This document shows, piece by piece, positions 7,438-15,373 of a stretch of DNA of 32,000 nucleotides. The stretch spans positions 150,001 to 182,000 of the forward strand of contig NZ_OZ017288.1 in the NCBI RefSeq assembly GCF_963967315.1, in the 5' to 3' direction. The stretch comes from Candidatus Minimicrobia sp. QA0096. Lineage in GTDB: Bacteria > Patescibacteriota > Saccharimonadia > Saccharimonadales > Saccharimonadaceae. Made by a program: the position numbers and the translations under genes. How positions within the stretch are numbered: position 1 is the stretch's first letter; each line of letters starts with the position of its first letter. The notes under the pieces are model-generated. The model made no database searches. It was given only the letters and a program-made list of their open reading frames with translations, and was not told where the DNA came from.

Positions 7438-7932
7438 TTAGCGGGTGCGAGATTGCGAAATATACGCCTGTAAAATTGTTTTTAGATCCACGCTGTGGCG
7501 GAAATTTATATTATCAATCTCACTCAAATCAACCCACTCCGGCATGCCGTTGGCGTAGGTCTTCTCGCTGTCGGTTATATTGTCGTTATTTATTTTTCCA
7601 TGCAGTTGACTATGGGTAAAATACAGCTGAATCGACTGGTTAGCTTGCGACTCAGCGTTGCGCTTGAAGAAAGTGGTTGCTTGGTGAATAATTCTATCTG
7701 GTGTGATAGTCAGTCCAGCTTCCTCCTTAACTTCACGGACAATCGATTCCTCGATCGTTTCGCCTTTCTCGACACCGCCGCCAATTAGGCTATATCCGTC
7801 CCATTGCCGAGTTAAAAGAATCTTATTATCCTCAATAATCACCACGTACACGCCGACGCGAATATTTAGTTCGTCAACGGGAACGGTGTATTGATTGCCG
7901 AAGACGTCTTTACAGATGATAGATTTAGTCAT
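7438..7932 (-). CDS. NUDIX hydrolase (copy 1)
   Basis: The Nudix box is GGGVEKGETIEESIVREVKEEAGL. I prefer the ATG at 7932 (GGAGAG 4 nt upstream, 8-nt overlap with the upstream gene). The ORF track starts at the GTG at 7944. Confidence 0.8.
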   Translation of the reverse strand: MTKSIICKDVFGNQYTVPVDELNIRVGVYVVIIEDNKILLTRQWDGYSLIGGGVEKGETIEESIVREVKEEAGLTITPDRIIHQATTFFKRNAESQANQSIQLYFTHSQLHGKINNDNITDSEKTYANGMPEWVDLSEIDNINFRHSVDLKTILQAYISQSRTR

Positions 7933-8524
7933 TATTCTCTCCACTTAAATAATCCCTAAACATCGCGAGCCCATCAACTTTCTCAATTATCGTCAGATAT
8001 TCCTGCCATTCTTCGTCGTTCAACTCTGCCAAACTGCGACCAGGAAAGCTCGGATGTCCATAAATATATAACAATTCCGTCCAGCCATGGAGATTATTGC
8101 CACATGGCTCGTCAACGATAAATCCCTCTTCGTTGGCTACGAAAATGTGGTCTTTTTCGCCGTCAAAATAGCCAACCGCAAAAGAAAAAATAGCTCGACG
8201 ATCAGCCTCACCCTTCATTAACTTGATAATGCCGGGATAGCTAAAGCTATTCAGTAGCAATTTAACAAACGGCCCCGGAAAACCTTTCAGCGCCGGGATG
8301 AAGAAACCGCGATCATCAACGACCAGGCGCTTGTTCGGAAACGCTTTCTTGGCTTGAGATAATTTACTTTTGGCAATCGTTTGAATATCTAGTCCGCGCC
8401 CTTCGTCAAAATCATAATCGAGCTGCCTTAAATCAACACCAAGCGGCTGAAGGAGTTCTTGAAGACTGGTGAATTTACTGTGGTTGGAAGTGATAAAATA
8501 AATTGGACTATTTTCTTGTTTCAT
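7925..8524 (-). CDS. Ham1/ITPase-family non-canonical NTP pyrophosphatase-like protein (divergent, copy 1)
   Basis: IYFITSNHSK and VVDDRGFFIPALKGFPGPFVK resemble the ITPA/Ham1 motifs (TGNxxK; EDTxLxFxALxGxPGPYIK). The C-terminal SHR motif is not evident. Confidence 0.65.
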   Translation of the reverse strand: MKQENSPIYFITSNHSKFTSLQELLQPLGVDLRQLDYDFDEGRGLDIQTIAKSKLSQAKKAFPNKRLVVDDRGFFIPALKGFPGPFVKLLLNSFSYPGIIKLMKGEADRRAIFSFAVGYFDGEKDHIFVANEEGFIVDEPCGNNLHGWTELLYIYGHPSFPGRSLAELNDEEWQEYLTIIEKVDGLAMFRDYLSGENND

Positions 8525-8545
8525 ACTAATAAGTATACGCTAACT

Positions 8546-8587
8546 AACGTTATTTTGCAGATTTCTAATGCTTGTGCCGTGCGGAAT
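8546..8587. repeat. 42-bp direct repeat, copy 1 (non-coding remnant of the CYTH gene 3' end)
   Basis: aacgttattttgcaGatttctaatgcttgtgCcgtGcggaat matches 9148-9189 at 39 of 42 positions. It lies in the intergenic gap between GrpB and the ITPase-like gene. Confidence 0.9.
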
Positions 8588-8600
8588 ATGAATGAGGAGA

Positions 8601-9122
8601 TTAGCCGCCATTTTCCCATTGCCTGGCACGTTGCAATAACTTATCGACGTAAGCTGCTTTAAGTTTTTTATACGCTGACCTGTCGTAATTTGCTTGCTTG
8701 GCATATTGATATTTTATCTTTGAATATTGATCAGCTTCGTCATTGTGAGACCTTAGATAATCTCTGATAATTAAGAAGTTATCGTGCGTTTCAGTATTCG
8801 CGACCGCGAGGTGAATATGAATATCGCCCTCGTCAGTTTCTTCTTGTCGGGACGCCAGGAAGATATACCCTTGACGGGAACTTGGATTTAATGAAGGAAA
8901 ATATCCAATTGCTACCAATTTGTCTCGCAGCTCGTTCATGTGTTCGCTATCTTTAGCAGAAATAAGGATATCTAGAATATTTTTACCATCCAAACCAAGT
9001 ACCGCGGTACTGCCGACATGATGAATTTGCGAACTATCCGCAAGCACTAGCGCTAATTTATTTTTCACGCGCGTAAAGACAGCCGATATATCTTTTTTGG
9101 ATCTTTTAATTTCAACCGACAT
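8601..9122 (-). CDS. GrpB/UPF0157-family (nucleotidyltransferase-fold) protein
   Basis: HHVGSTAVLGLDGKNILDILI matches the GrpB signature HVGSTxVPGLxAKPIIDI. The size is 173 aa. Confidence 0.7.
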   Translation of the reverse strand: MSVEIKRSKKDISAVFTRVKNKLALVLADSSQIHHVGSTAVLGLDGKNILDILISAKDSEHMNELRDKLVAIGYFPSLNPSSRQGYIFLASRQEETDEGDIHIHLAVANTETHDNFLIIRDYLRSHNDEADQYSKIKYQYAKQANYDRSAYKKLKAAYVDKLLQRARQWENGG

Positions 9123-9144
9123 AAGACTTTCTAAATTTAATCAA

Positions 9145-9717
9145 TTAAACGTTATTTTGCATATTTCTAATGCTTGTGTCGTACGGAATTTTCCATAATT
9201 TGCCATCGATATCCAGGTTTTTCAGAAAATTGCACATTTGCTGCTGAATATTTTTTACGTCGGCACTATCTTCGGTCAAAACTTCCAGTTCAATAAATAG
9301 TCCCAATCCAGCAACTTCGTCGATGCAAATCGTGTAATCTTTGGTTTTCGATTCAAGGCGGACTTTATCAACCGTAACAATTTCTTGCCAGCCCAGCGCT
9401 GTGAGCATTTGGCGCGCCGTATCTCCGTCATCAACTGCAAATTCATATTCATCAGACACCAGCTTTGCCTGCCCTTCGACCTTCAGCGTCATCAAGCTTT
9501 GTTGCAGCTCACCAGTTTCCGGATTAAGAACATCGCGCACTCGCATAATTTTTGAGCCAGGAACAATTGGCGCGTCAACTTGCTCGGGCAATAAAAATAC
9601 TGTATCAATTTGGCGTTTGCTTGAGATGGGCGCGATGAATTGGTCTTTAAGAACGGCGAGAAGATCGCTCTGCGTTATGTCGCCTAATACCTTAAATTTG
9701 GACTCTAATTCGATCAT
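9145..9717 (-). CDS. CYTH-domain protein (class IV adenylate cyclase / triphosphate tunnel metalloenzyme family)
   Basis: The N-terminal ExExK motif (MIELESKFKV) is present, along with the pattern ...IMRVRD...LTLKV...EYEF...IDEV.GLG.FIELEV typical of CyaB/CYTH. The size is 190 aa. Confidence 0.75.
   Translation of the reverse strand: MIELESKFKVLGDITQSDLLAVLKDQFIAPISSKRQIDTVFLLPEQVDAPIVPGSKIMRVRDVLNPETGELQQSLMTLKVEGQAKLVSDEYEFAVDDGDTARQMLTALGWQEIVTVDKVRLESKTKDYTICIDEVAGLGLFIELEVLTEDSADVKNIQQQMCNFLKNLDIDGKLWKIPYDTSIRNMQNNV
9148..9189. repeat. 42-bp direct repeat, copy 2 (last 14 codons of the CYTH gene)
   Basis: On the minus strand it encodes IPYDTSIRNMQNNV immediately before the stop codon at 9145-9147. 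Confidence 0.9.
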
Positions 9718-9739
9718 AAGCTTCCTCGTTTGGACTCCG

Positions 9740-10576
9740 CTATAGAGCGACTCGTTTTTGGTGAATATTTTCCGCCAAGTGCTGTTTTATAATTTCAGAT
9801 ATTTTTTTAGCGTATGCGCTAGTTATTTCGTGTCGCTGAGTTGCCATTGACGTATGAGTGATATTGTTATGATCTTTTGCTAATTTCTTCAGGTTTCTCT
9901 CGACAATCAGCGGGTCGAGTTTTCCAGACAAAATAGCAATCGGAAGAGTGAGCTTGGTGATATCATTCATTGTCGTCTGATTGATAATTGCGGTGTTTAA
10001 GGCCATCAAGAAGGATTCGGAAGTAACCTCATCAGCCTTAAATCCAGCGTCAGGCCAAATATTATGCCGATCAGCGAATTGCAAAAAGCGTTTCGAACTG
10101 CGCGGATGACTATTGAAAAACTCATAAAGCGCACGCAAAATTTTCTCTGGATGATGAATTTTTTCGTCAACCCTCGGATAATATATCGGCGGACTACACA
10201 AAATCAGCGACCTGCTTAACTTCGGATATTGCTTGGCGAGCTCTACGGCGGCCAGCGACCCCATAGAATGACCAATGACAATATCGACGTTATTTATGAA
10301 TTCCCTACGCAAGGTGGCGACAATGCTTGCGGCTTGGTCGTGAACATTGTAGGATTTCCAATCAGGCTTGGGCGAATTGCCAAACCCCAGCATATCAATT
10401 GCTATAACTCGCGTGTCTTTTGGTAAATACGGCTCCAGCGGCGTCCATGTTTTCCAGGATGTGCCTAATCCATGAATAAGTAAAATCGTCGCTTTCGATT
10501 TTTCCGGACGAGAAAAATAATGCACGTTTAATGAATACGGAATCCGTAACCAGCGATGAATAATCTTGTCCAACAT
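9740..10576 (-). CDS. alpha/beta-fold hydrolase
   Basis: An HG oxyanion motif (LLIHGLGTS) and a nucleophile elbow (GHSMGS) are present. The size is 278 aa. Confidence 0.8.
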   Translation of the reverse strand: MLDKIIHRWLRIPYSLNVHYFSRPEKSKATILLIHGLGTSWKTWTPLEPYLPKDTRVIAIDMLGFGNSPKPDWKSYNVHDQAASIVATLRREFINNVDIVIGHSMGSLAAVELAKQYPKLSRSLILCSPPIYYPRVDEKIHHPEKILRALYEFFNSHPRSSKRFLQFADRHNIWPDAGFKADEVTSESFLMALNTAIINQTTMNDITKLTLPIAILSGKLDPLIVERNLKKLAKDHNNITHTSMATQRHEITSAYAKKISEIIKQHLAENIHQKRVAL

Positions 10577-10593
10577 ATTTTTAGTATACTATG

Positions 10594-10628
10594 AAAATAC
10601 TCCGCCTGCATGTGAAACGGAGTATTTT
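10594..10628 (-). terminator. hairpin terminator downstream of rpsI
   Basis: AAAATACTCCG (10594-10604) pairs with CGGAGTATTTT (10618-10628). This is an 11-bp perfect stem with a 13-nt loop and a T-run at its 3' end on the minus strand. Confidence 0.5.
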
Positions 10629-10646
10629 GTGATAGCCTTTTCTATA

Positions 10647-11042
10647 CTAACGCTTAGAGAACTGTTCGCGCTTACGAGCAGAACGAAGACCGTACTTCTT
10701 GCGCTCTTTCTCGCGTGGGTCACGCTTCAATAGCTCAGCCTTCTTCAGAACTGGACGCAGGTCGGCGTGAGCTGCAGTCAAAGCCTTTGCGATACCAAGC
10801 TTGATAGCGTCAACTTGACCAGCTAAGCCGCCACCCTTAACTAGGATAGTAACGTCGAATTCTTTTTGCTTGCTGACAATTGCAAGTGGATCGGTTACTT
10901 CTGCTAGTAAGGTTTTGTTGCCGTTCAGGTACTCAGCGGCAGGTTTGCCGTTGATAGTGATAGTGCCTTTTCCAGGAAGCAATCGAACGCTTGCTGAAGC
11001 ACTTTTGCGTCGACCTAAGCCGTAGAAATAAGTATCAGCCAT
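10647..11042 (-). CDS. rpsI: 30S ribosomal protein S9
   Basis: The sequence YGLGRRKSASASVRL...C-terminal KREQFSKR is S9-like, and the gene is adjacent to rplM. Confidence 0.95.
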   Translation of the reverse strand: MADTYFYGLGRRKSASASVRLLPGKGTITINGKPAAEYLNGNKTLLAEVTDPLAIVSKQKEFDVTILVKGGGLAGQVDAIKLGIAKALTAAHADLRPVLKKAELLKRDPREKERKKYGLRSARKREQFSKR

Positions 11043-11043
11043 A

Positions 11044-11475
11044 TTACTTCACCTCAACTTTCTCTGGTGTTTGTGCTGTGTGAGCGTGGTCGCTGCCAGC
11101 AAAAATGCGTAGACGCTTTAGACGCTCTGCTTGCAATTTATTCTTTGGCAGCATACCTTTAACAGCTTCTTCAATAATTCGCTCTGGGTGGCGTTCGCGC
11201 ATTTCTTTGAATTGCGTTTCCTTAATTCCACCCGGGAAACCACTGTGGCGATAGTAATACTTATCAGTTTCCTTGTATCCAGTAACGACTGTTTGCGCAG
11301 CATTGATAACAACTACGTAGTCGCCACCGTCAATATGAGGAGTGTAAGTTGGCTTGTATTTACCAGTCAAATGCTTAGCAATCTCTGTAGCCAAACGTCC
11401 AAGTGGTAATTCGCTAGCGTCAAACAATACCCAACGGCGAGAAACTTCAGATGGTTTTTGTGAATAAGTCTTCAT
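11044..11475 (-). CDS. rplM: 50S ribosomal protein L13
   Basis: MKTYSQKPSEVSRRWVLFDA... is the canonical L13 N-terminus. The ATG at 11475 sits 1 nt after the rplQ stop. The longer ORF-track start at 11598 overlaps rplQ and is rejected. Confidence 0.9.
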   Translation of the reverse strand: MKTYSQKPSEVSRRWVLFDASELPLGRLATEIAKHLTGKYKPTYTPHIDGGDYVVVINAAQTVVTGYKETDKYYYRHSGFPGGIKETQFKEMRERHPERIIEEAVKGMLPKNKLQAERLKRLRIFAGSDHAHTAQTPEKVEVK

Positions 11476-11476
11476 C

Positions 11477-11863
11477 TTATTTTCCTTCCTTTGGCATTGG
11501 TTTAATATCGTCAACAAACTCGATGATTGCCATTTGAGCGCCGTCGCCGACTCGCAAACGTGTTCGTTCAACGCGAACGTGTCCGCTGGTTCGACCACTT
11601 AGCTGTGGTGCAATTTCATCAACTAGTTTGTAAGCAGCGGCGCGTGTGCTTAATGCTGCAATCACCTGACGTCGGCTTGCTAGGTCGCCCTTTTTAGCCT
11701 TGGTGATGATTTTTTCAATGTGACGCTTTAGTTCCTTAGCCTTTGGCAAGGTGGTCTCGATTTTTCCGTACTCAACCAAGCTGGTAGCCAGACCTTTGAG
11801 TAGGGCTCGTCGCTGATCACGCTCGCGGCCGAACTTGCGCCCTTGATATCCGTGTCTATGCAT
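11477..11863 (-). CDS. rplQ: 50S ribosomal protein L17
   Basis: MHRHGYQGRKFGRERDQRRALLKGL... is L17-like, and the gene follows rpoA. Confidence 0.95.
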   Translation of the reverse strand: MHRHGYQGRKFGRERDQRRALLKGLATSLVEYGKIETTLPKAKELKRHIEKIITKAKKGDLASRRQVIAALSTRAAAYKLVDEIAPQLSGRTSGHVRVERTRLRVGDGAQMAIIEFVDDIKPMPKEGK

Positions 11864-11865
11864 AG

Positions 11866-12789
11866 TTAAAACTCCAACTCCGCCATCTTGTCACGTACTT
11901 CGTCTAGTGCCTTTGAACCGAAACCTTTCAATTCTCGCAAATCTTGCTCAGTCAAAGTTACCAAATCGCGAATAGTGCGGATTTCATTGTTAATTAGCGC
12001 GTTCGTCGTGCGGGCGCTTAAGTTTAGCTCTTCGATTGGCATTGCTAGCTCTGACTCTTCGTCTTCCTTAGCTGCACCAAGTGCTGGCGCGCCAGTTACC
12101 ATCGTATTGCCAGCCAAAGCTGTGTATTGGTTGACAAGAATCGCTGCTGCTTCTTCGAACGCCTCACGAGGTGTGATTGTGCCGTTAGTTTCAACAGTGA
12201 TTGCCAATTTGTCCAAGTTTGTCTCCTGGCCAACACGAGTTGAGTCGACTTTGTAGCGAACGCGTAGAACTGGTGAGTACATTGCATCAATAGCAATCAT
12301 GTCGCTGTGCAAACGCTTTTCGCTTGACTCTTCAATTGTCTGGTAACCGCAACCTGCCTCAACTACCAAATCCATAACCAAATGCTTGTTTGGGTCATCG
12401 ATTGTAGCAATTACTTGCTCTGGGTTAACGACTTCAACATCAGCATTAGTTTTAATGTCAGCGGCAGTTACTTCGCCAGCGCCAGATTTCTCAATGCGCA
12501 GTTCAACTGGATCGTCAGTAAATACGCGTAGGTGAACGTTCTTCAAGTTCAACATAATGTCGACAACATCTTCTTTGATACCTTCAACAGTAGTAAACTC
12601 GTGAGTTGCGCCCTCAATCCTGAAAGCTACAACTGCGCCACCGCGAACGCTTGACAATAGAACGCGTCGCAATGAGTTACCAAGAGTATTACCGTAGCCT
12701 GGGTGAAGTGGCTCGATTAGAAAAGTAGCACTGGTTGCTGAAATATCATCAACGCTCGCGAGTGCTGGATTGTAAATTGCTTTTGCCAT
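11866..12789 (-). CDS. rpoA: DNA-directed RNA polymerase alpha subunit
   Basis: The N-terminal domain contains GNTLGNSLRRVLLSS, and the C-terminal domain contains LNLSARTTNALINNEIRTIRDL. Confidence 0.95.
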   Translation of the reverse strand: MAKAIYNPALASVDDISATSATFLIEPLHPGYGNTLGNSLRRVLLSSVRGGAVVAFRIEGATHEFTTVEGIKEDVVDIMLNLKNVHLRVFTDDPVELRIEKSGAGEVTAADIKTNADVEVVNPEQVIATIDDPNKHLVMDLVVEAGCGYQTIEESSEKRLHSDMIAIDAMYSPVLRVRYKVDSTRVGQETNLDKLAITVETNGTITPREAFEEAAAILVNQYTALAGNTMVTGAPALGAAKEDEESELAMPIEELNLSARTTNALINNEIRTIRDLVTLTEQDLRELKGFGSKALDEVRDKMAELEF

Positions 12790-12810
12790 AATTCTTCCCT
12801 AACCCTTCTT

Positions 12811-13431
12811 TTATCGTGAGTAATACTCAACAATTAATTGCTCGTTGATGTCAGCTTCTGCTTCCTCGCGCTTTGGCAAACCAGTTACTTCAATCTTCAG
12901 CTTCTTACTATCAGCTTTTAGCCAACTTAGTGGGCCTTGGACTGAATTGTTGATTACATCGTCAATTCGCGTAAAGTACTCTGACTTGGTACTCTTTGGG
13001 CGAACTGTGATGACATCGCCAGCTTTAACGCGAATCGATGGAATATCGACGCGTCGGCCGTTCAATTCAAAGTGTCCGTGACTAACTAGTTGACGAGCTG
13101 CGCGGCGTGATACGGCAAATCCAGAACGATAAACAACGTTATCCAAACGGCGCTCTAATAGCTTCAACAAGTTTTCGCCCGCCAAACCTTCTTGAGCGCG
13201 TGTTGCTTCGTCCATCAAGCGAGCAAACTGCTTCTCGACTAGACCGTACAAGCGACGAACCTTCTGCTTTTCGCGTAGCTGCGTAGCGTATAGGCTTGGC
13301 TTATTCTGACGACCATGTGCATGCTGACCTGGAATACCAGATTTTTTCGCCAAAATTTTATGTGCTTTTGGATGAAGCGCATAACCTTCGCGGCGGCTTT
13401 GCTTGACAATTGGTGAATTATCTCGTGCCAT
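12811..13431 (-). CDS. rpsD: 30S ribosomal protein S4
   Basis: The sequence contains the S4 domain RLDNVVYRSGFAVSRRAARQLVSHGHF, and the gene lies between rpsK and rpoA. Confidence 0.95.
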   Translation of the reverse strand: MARDNSPIVKQSRREGYALHPKAHKILAKKSGIPGQHAHGRQNKPSLYATQLREKQKVRRLYGLVEKQFARLMDEATRAQEGLAGENLLKLLERRLDNVVYRSGFAVSRRAARQLVSHGHFELNGRRVDIPSIRVKAGDVITVRPKSTKSEYFTRIDDVINNSVQGPLSWLKADSKKLKIEVTGLPKREEAEADINEQLIVEYYSR

Positions 13432-13433
13432 AA

Positions 13434-13823
13434 TTATGCCCTCCGTGCCTTTCGTGGACGAACACCGCCGTGAGGCACGCCAGTTACGTCCTTAATGCTT
13501 TCTACTGAGATGTCGAAGGCGCTGACCGCACGAATAGCGGCGTCACGACCCAAGCCGACACCTTTCACGAAAACGTCAACAGACTTCAAGCCGTATTGAG
13601 ATTTCGCAGCTTCAGCAGCTTTTTCAGCAGCAACCTGTGAAGCATAGGCTGTACCTTTTTTACTTCCACGGAAACCACATGCACCAGCTGATGAAGCAGT
13701 TAGTACGTTACCTTTCTTGTCGGAAAAAGTAACGATAGTATTGTTAAATGTTGCCTGAATGTGCAGCTGACCAGCTGGGACTGATCGGCGCTGCTTCTTC
13801 TTGGTAGATTTTGCGTCTGCCAT
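13434..13823 (-). CDS. rpsK: 30S ribosomal protein S11
   Basis: GQLHIQATFNNTIVTFSDKKGN...GSKKGT.YA is S11-like. Confidence 0.95.
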   Translation of the reverse strand: MADAKSTKKKQRRSVPAGQLHIQATFNNTIVTFSDKKGNVLTASSAGACGFRGSKKGTAYASQVAAEKAAEAAKSQYGLKSVDVFVKGVGLGRDAAIRAVSAFDISVESIKDVTGVPHGGVRPRKARRA

Positions 13824-13838
13824 TTCTTAGTCCTTTCT

Positions 13839-14225
13839 TTAGGTCTTACTTGCTGCTTTTGGTTGTGTACCGCCCACGGCGATGGCGCGACCCTTGCGAG
13901 TTCGTGCATTCGTACGAGTCCGCTGTCCGCGTGTTGGCAGTCCTGCTTTGTGGCGAAGACCGCGATAGGCGTTGATATCTTTCAAGCGCTTAATATTATT
14001 TGTCACCAAGCGCTGGAGATCACCTTCAACGGTGTATTCGCTGTCAATAATTTCGCGAATCTTGTTTTCTTCAGCCTCGGTGAGATCTTTCACCCGAGTG
14101 GTCGGCTCAATTTTAGCCGCCGCAAGGATGCTCGAAGCGTGCTTTGGCCCAATACCGTAAATATAGGTGAGCGCAATTTGCACCTGCTTCTCTGTTGGGA
14201 TAACTACCCCAGCAATTCGAGCCAT
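13839..14225 (-). CDS. rpsM: 30S ribosomal protein S13
   Basis: [26 protein letters not shown] is S13-like. Confidence 0.95.
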   Translation of the reverse strand: MARIAGVVIPTEKQVQIALTYIYGIGPKHASSILAAAKIEPTTRVKDLTEAEENKIREIIDSEYTVEGDLQRLVTNNIKRLKDINAYRGLRHKAGLPTRGQRTRTNARTRKGRAIAVGGTQPKAASKT

Positions 14226-14227
14226 GC

Positions 14228-14344
14228 TTAACCCTGCCTTTGCTTATTCTTAGGTTTTTTCTTGTTGATGATATATAGTCGGCCTTTGCGGCGAACGAAC
14301 TTATCATCGGGACTGATTTTTTTCACACCTGCACGAACTTTCAT
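14228..14344 (-). CDS. rpmJ: 50S ribosomal protein L36, cysteine-free form (38 aa; absent from the ORF track because it is under 60 aa)
   Basis: Hand translation gives [38 protein letters not shown], with ATG at 14342-14344 and TAA at 14228-14230. It sits in the canonical infA-rpmJ-rpsM position. Confidence 0.9.
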   Translation of the reverse strand: MKVRAGVKKISPDDKFVRRKGRLYIINKKKPKNKQRQG

Positions 14345-14398
14345 AAAGTGCTTAAATCTCCCTTCCCGAGTAAACCCGAGATTACCGTTAATATTTAA

Positions 14399-14641
14399 CT
14401 ACCGACCTTGAGGTCGATCGTCACGTAGGCGGAAGCTGATTCGTCCCTTTGTAAGATCGTAAGGGGTCATCTCAACTTCAACCTTATCACCAGGCACCAG
14501 ACGGATATAATGCTTACGCATTCGTCCTGAAATGTGCGCGATGATACTATGGCCATTCTCCAGTTCCACCTTAAATTGAGTATTAGGCAGTGCTTCCACT
14601 ACCTTTCCTACCATTTTGATGACTTCCTTTTGACTCGCCAT
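14399..14641 (-). CDS. infA: translation initiation factor IF-1
   Basis: [54 protein letters not shown] aligns with IF-1 across its full length. Confidence 0.95.
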   Translation of the reverse strand: MASQKEVIKMVGKVVEALPNTQFKVELENGHSIIAHISGRMRKHYIRLVPGDKVEVEMTPYDLTKGRISFRLRDDRPQGR

Positions 14642-14707
14642 AAGTTACAGTTGTCAATTATACAGTACTAAACACAGTTTGACAAGGGTTTTCGCCGTAA
14701 ATTTAAG

Positions 14708-14716
14708 TGCTATAAT
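14708..14716 (+). promoter_or_regulatory. extended -10 promoter (TGcTATAAT) for the 14747 gene
   Basis: TGCTATAAT lies 30 nt upstream of the ATG, and an SD (AAGGA) lies 6 nt upstream of the ATG. Confidence 0.4.
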
Positions 14717-14746
14717 TGTATTATCAAATTTAACATAAGGATTTTT

Positions 14747-15322
14747 ATGGCAAGCAAGAAAAAACCAACAAACTTTAAGGCTACAAAATCGAAGAATGAG
14801 ATAATGACCGCGGTGCTAATCGGTCTGGTGACGGCTTTGATAGTGATAGTTATTGGCGTAATTTTACTACACGCCAATCAAACTTCCGACAAGACATCTC
14901 AAACAGCGAAAAAGGTTGATAATGGATCTGTGAACTTGGGGTCTTTGGGCTTCCGAATTGAAGGAGGTAAAGCGGTTATTCGCAACGATTCAGCCACGCA
15001 AGAGCTTCGCGATTTTCTGAAGGCAGAAGTGAAGAAGTCGGGCTGTAAGGATAACAACGGCGTAGCTGCGGTAATTGCCCATTCCCAAGATGAGAAACAA
15101 TTGTTGCTGGGCTATGGTTGCGGCAATTCTGAGGCGCGAATGTTTGCAGTCAAGAAAGATGGCGGATGGAAAACGATTTCCCCAACCAACCAATTTAATT
15201 TGTTCAACATTCCGAGCTGTAAGATGGTTGATGAAAATAACATTAGTAATGAAATTGCGCCAGTCTGCCAAAATGAGAAAAAAGTTGGCGACAATCTATC
15301 TTACGATTACAAAATACGATAA
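14747..15322 (+). CDS. membrane-anchored (N-terminal TM) extracytoplasmic protein with 4 Cys, hypothetical
   Basis: An SD-preceded ATG is followed by a basic N-terminus and a TM helix (IMTAVLIGLVTALIVIVIGVILL). The roughly 145-aa soluble domain has Cys residues at CKDNN, GCGNS, SCKMV and VCQNE. I recognised no family. Confidence 0.6.
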   Translation: MASKKKPTNFKATKSKNEIMTAVLIGLVTALIVIVIGVILLHANQTSDKTSQTAKKVDNGSVNLGSLGFRIEGGKAVIRNDSATQELRDFLKAEVKKSGCKDNNGVAAVIAHSQDEKQLLLGYGCGNSEARMFAVKKDGGWKTISPTNQFNLFNIPSCKMVDENNISNEIAPVCQNEKKVGDNLSYDYKIR

Positions 15323-15331
15323 TCCCTTCAC

Positions 15332-15366
15332 AAAAAGAATTCCCCGCTTTTCGGCGGGGATTTTTA
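15332..15366. terminator. bidirectional intrinsic terminator between the convergent 14747 gene and secY
   Basis: TCCCCGC-ttttcg-GCGGGGA (15341-15360) is flanked by AAAAAGAA on one side and TTTTT on the other. Confidence 0.75.
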
Positions 15367-15373
15367 ATGTCAA

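Noticed and set aside
11476-11598. N-terminal 41-codon extension of rplM given in the ORF track
   Set aside because: It overlaps the rplQ coding region. The canonical L13 N-terminus (MKTYSQKP...) starts at the ATG at 11475, right after the rplQ stop.
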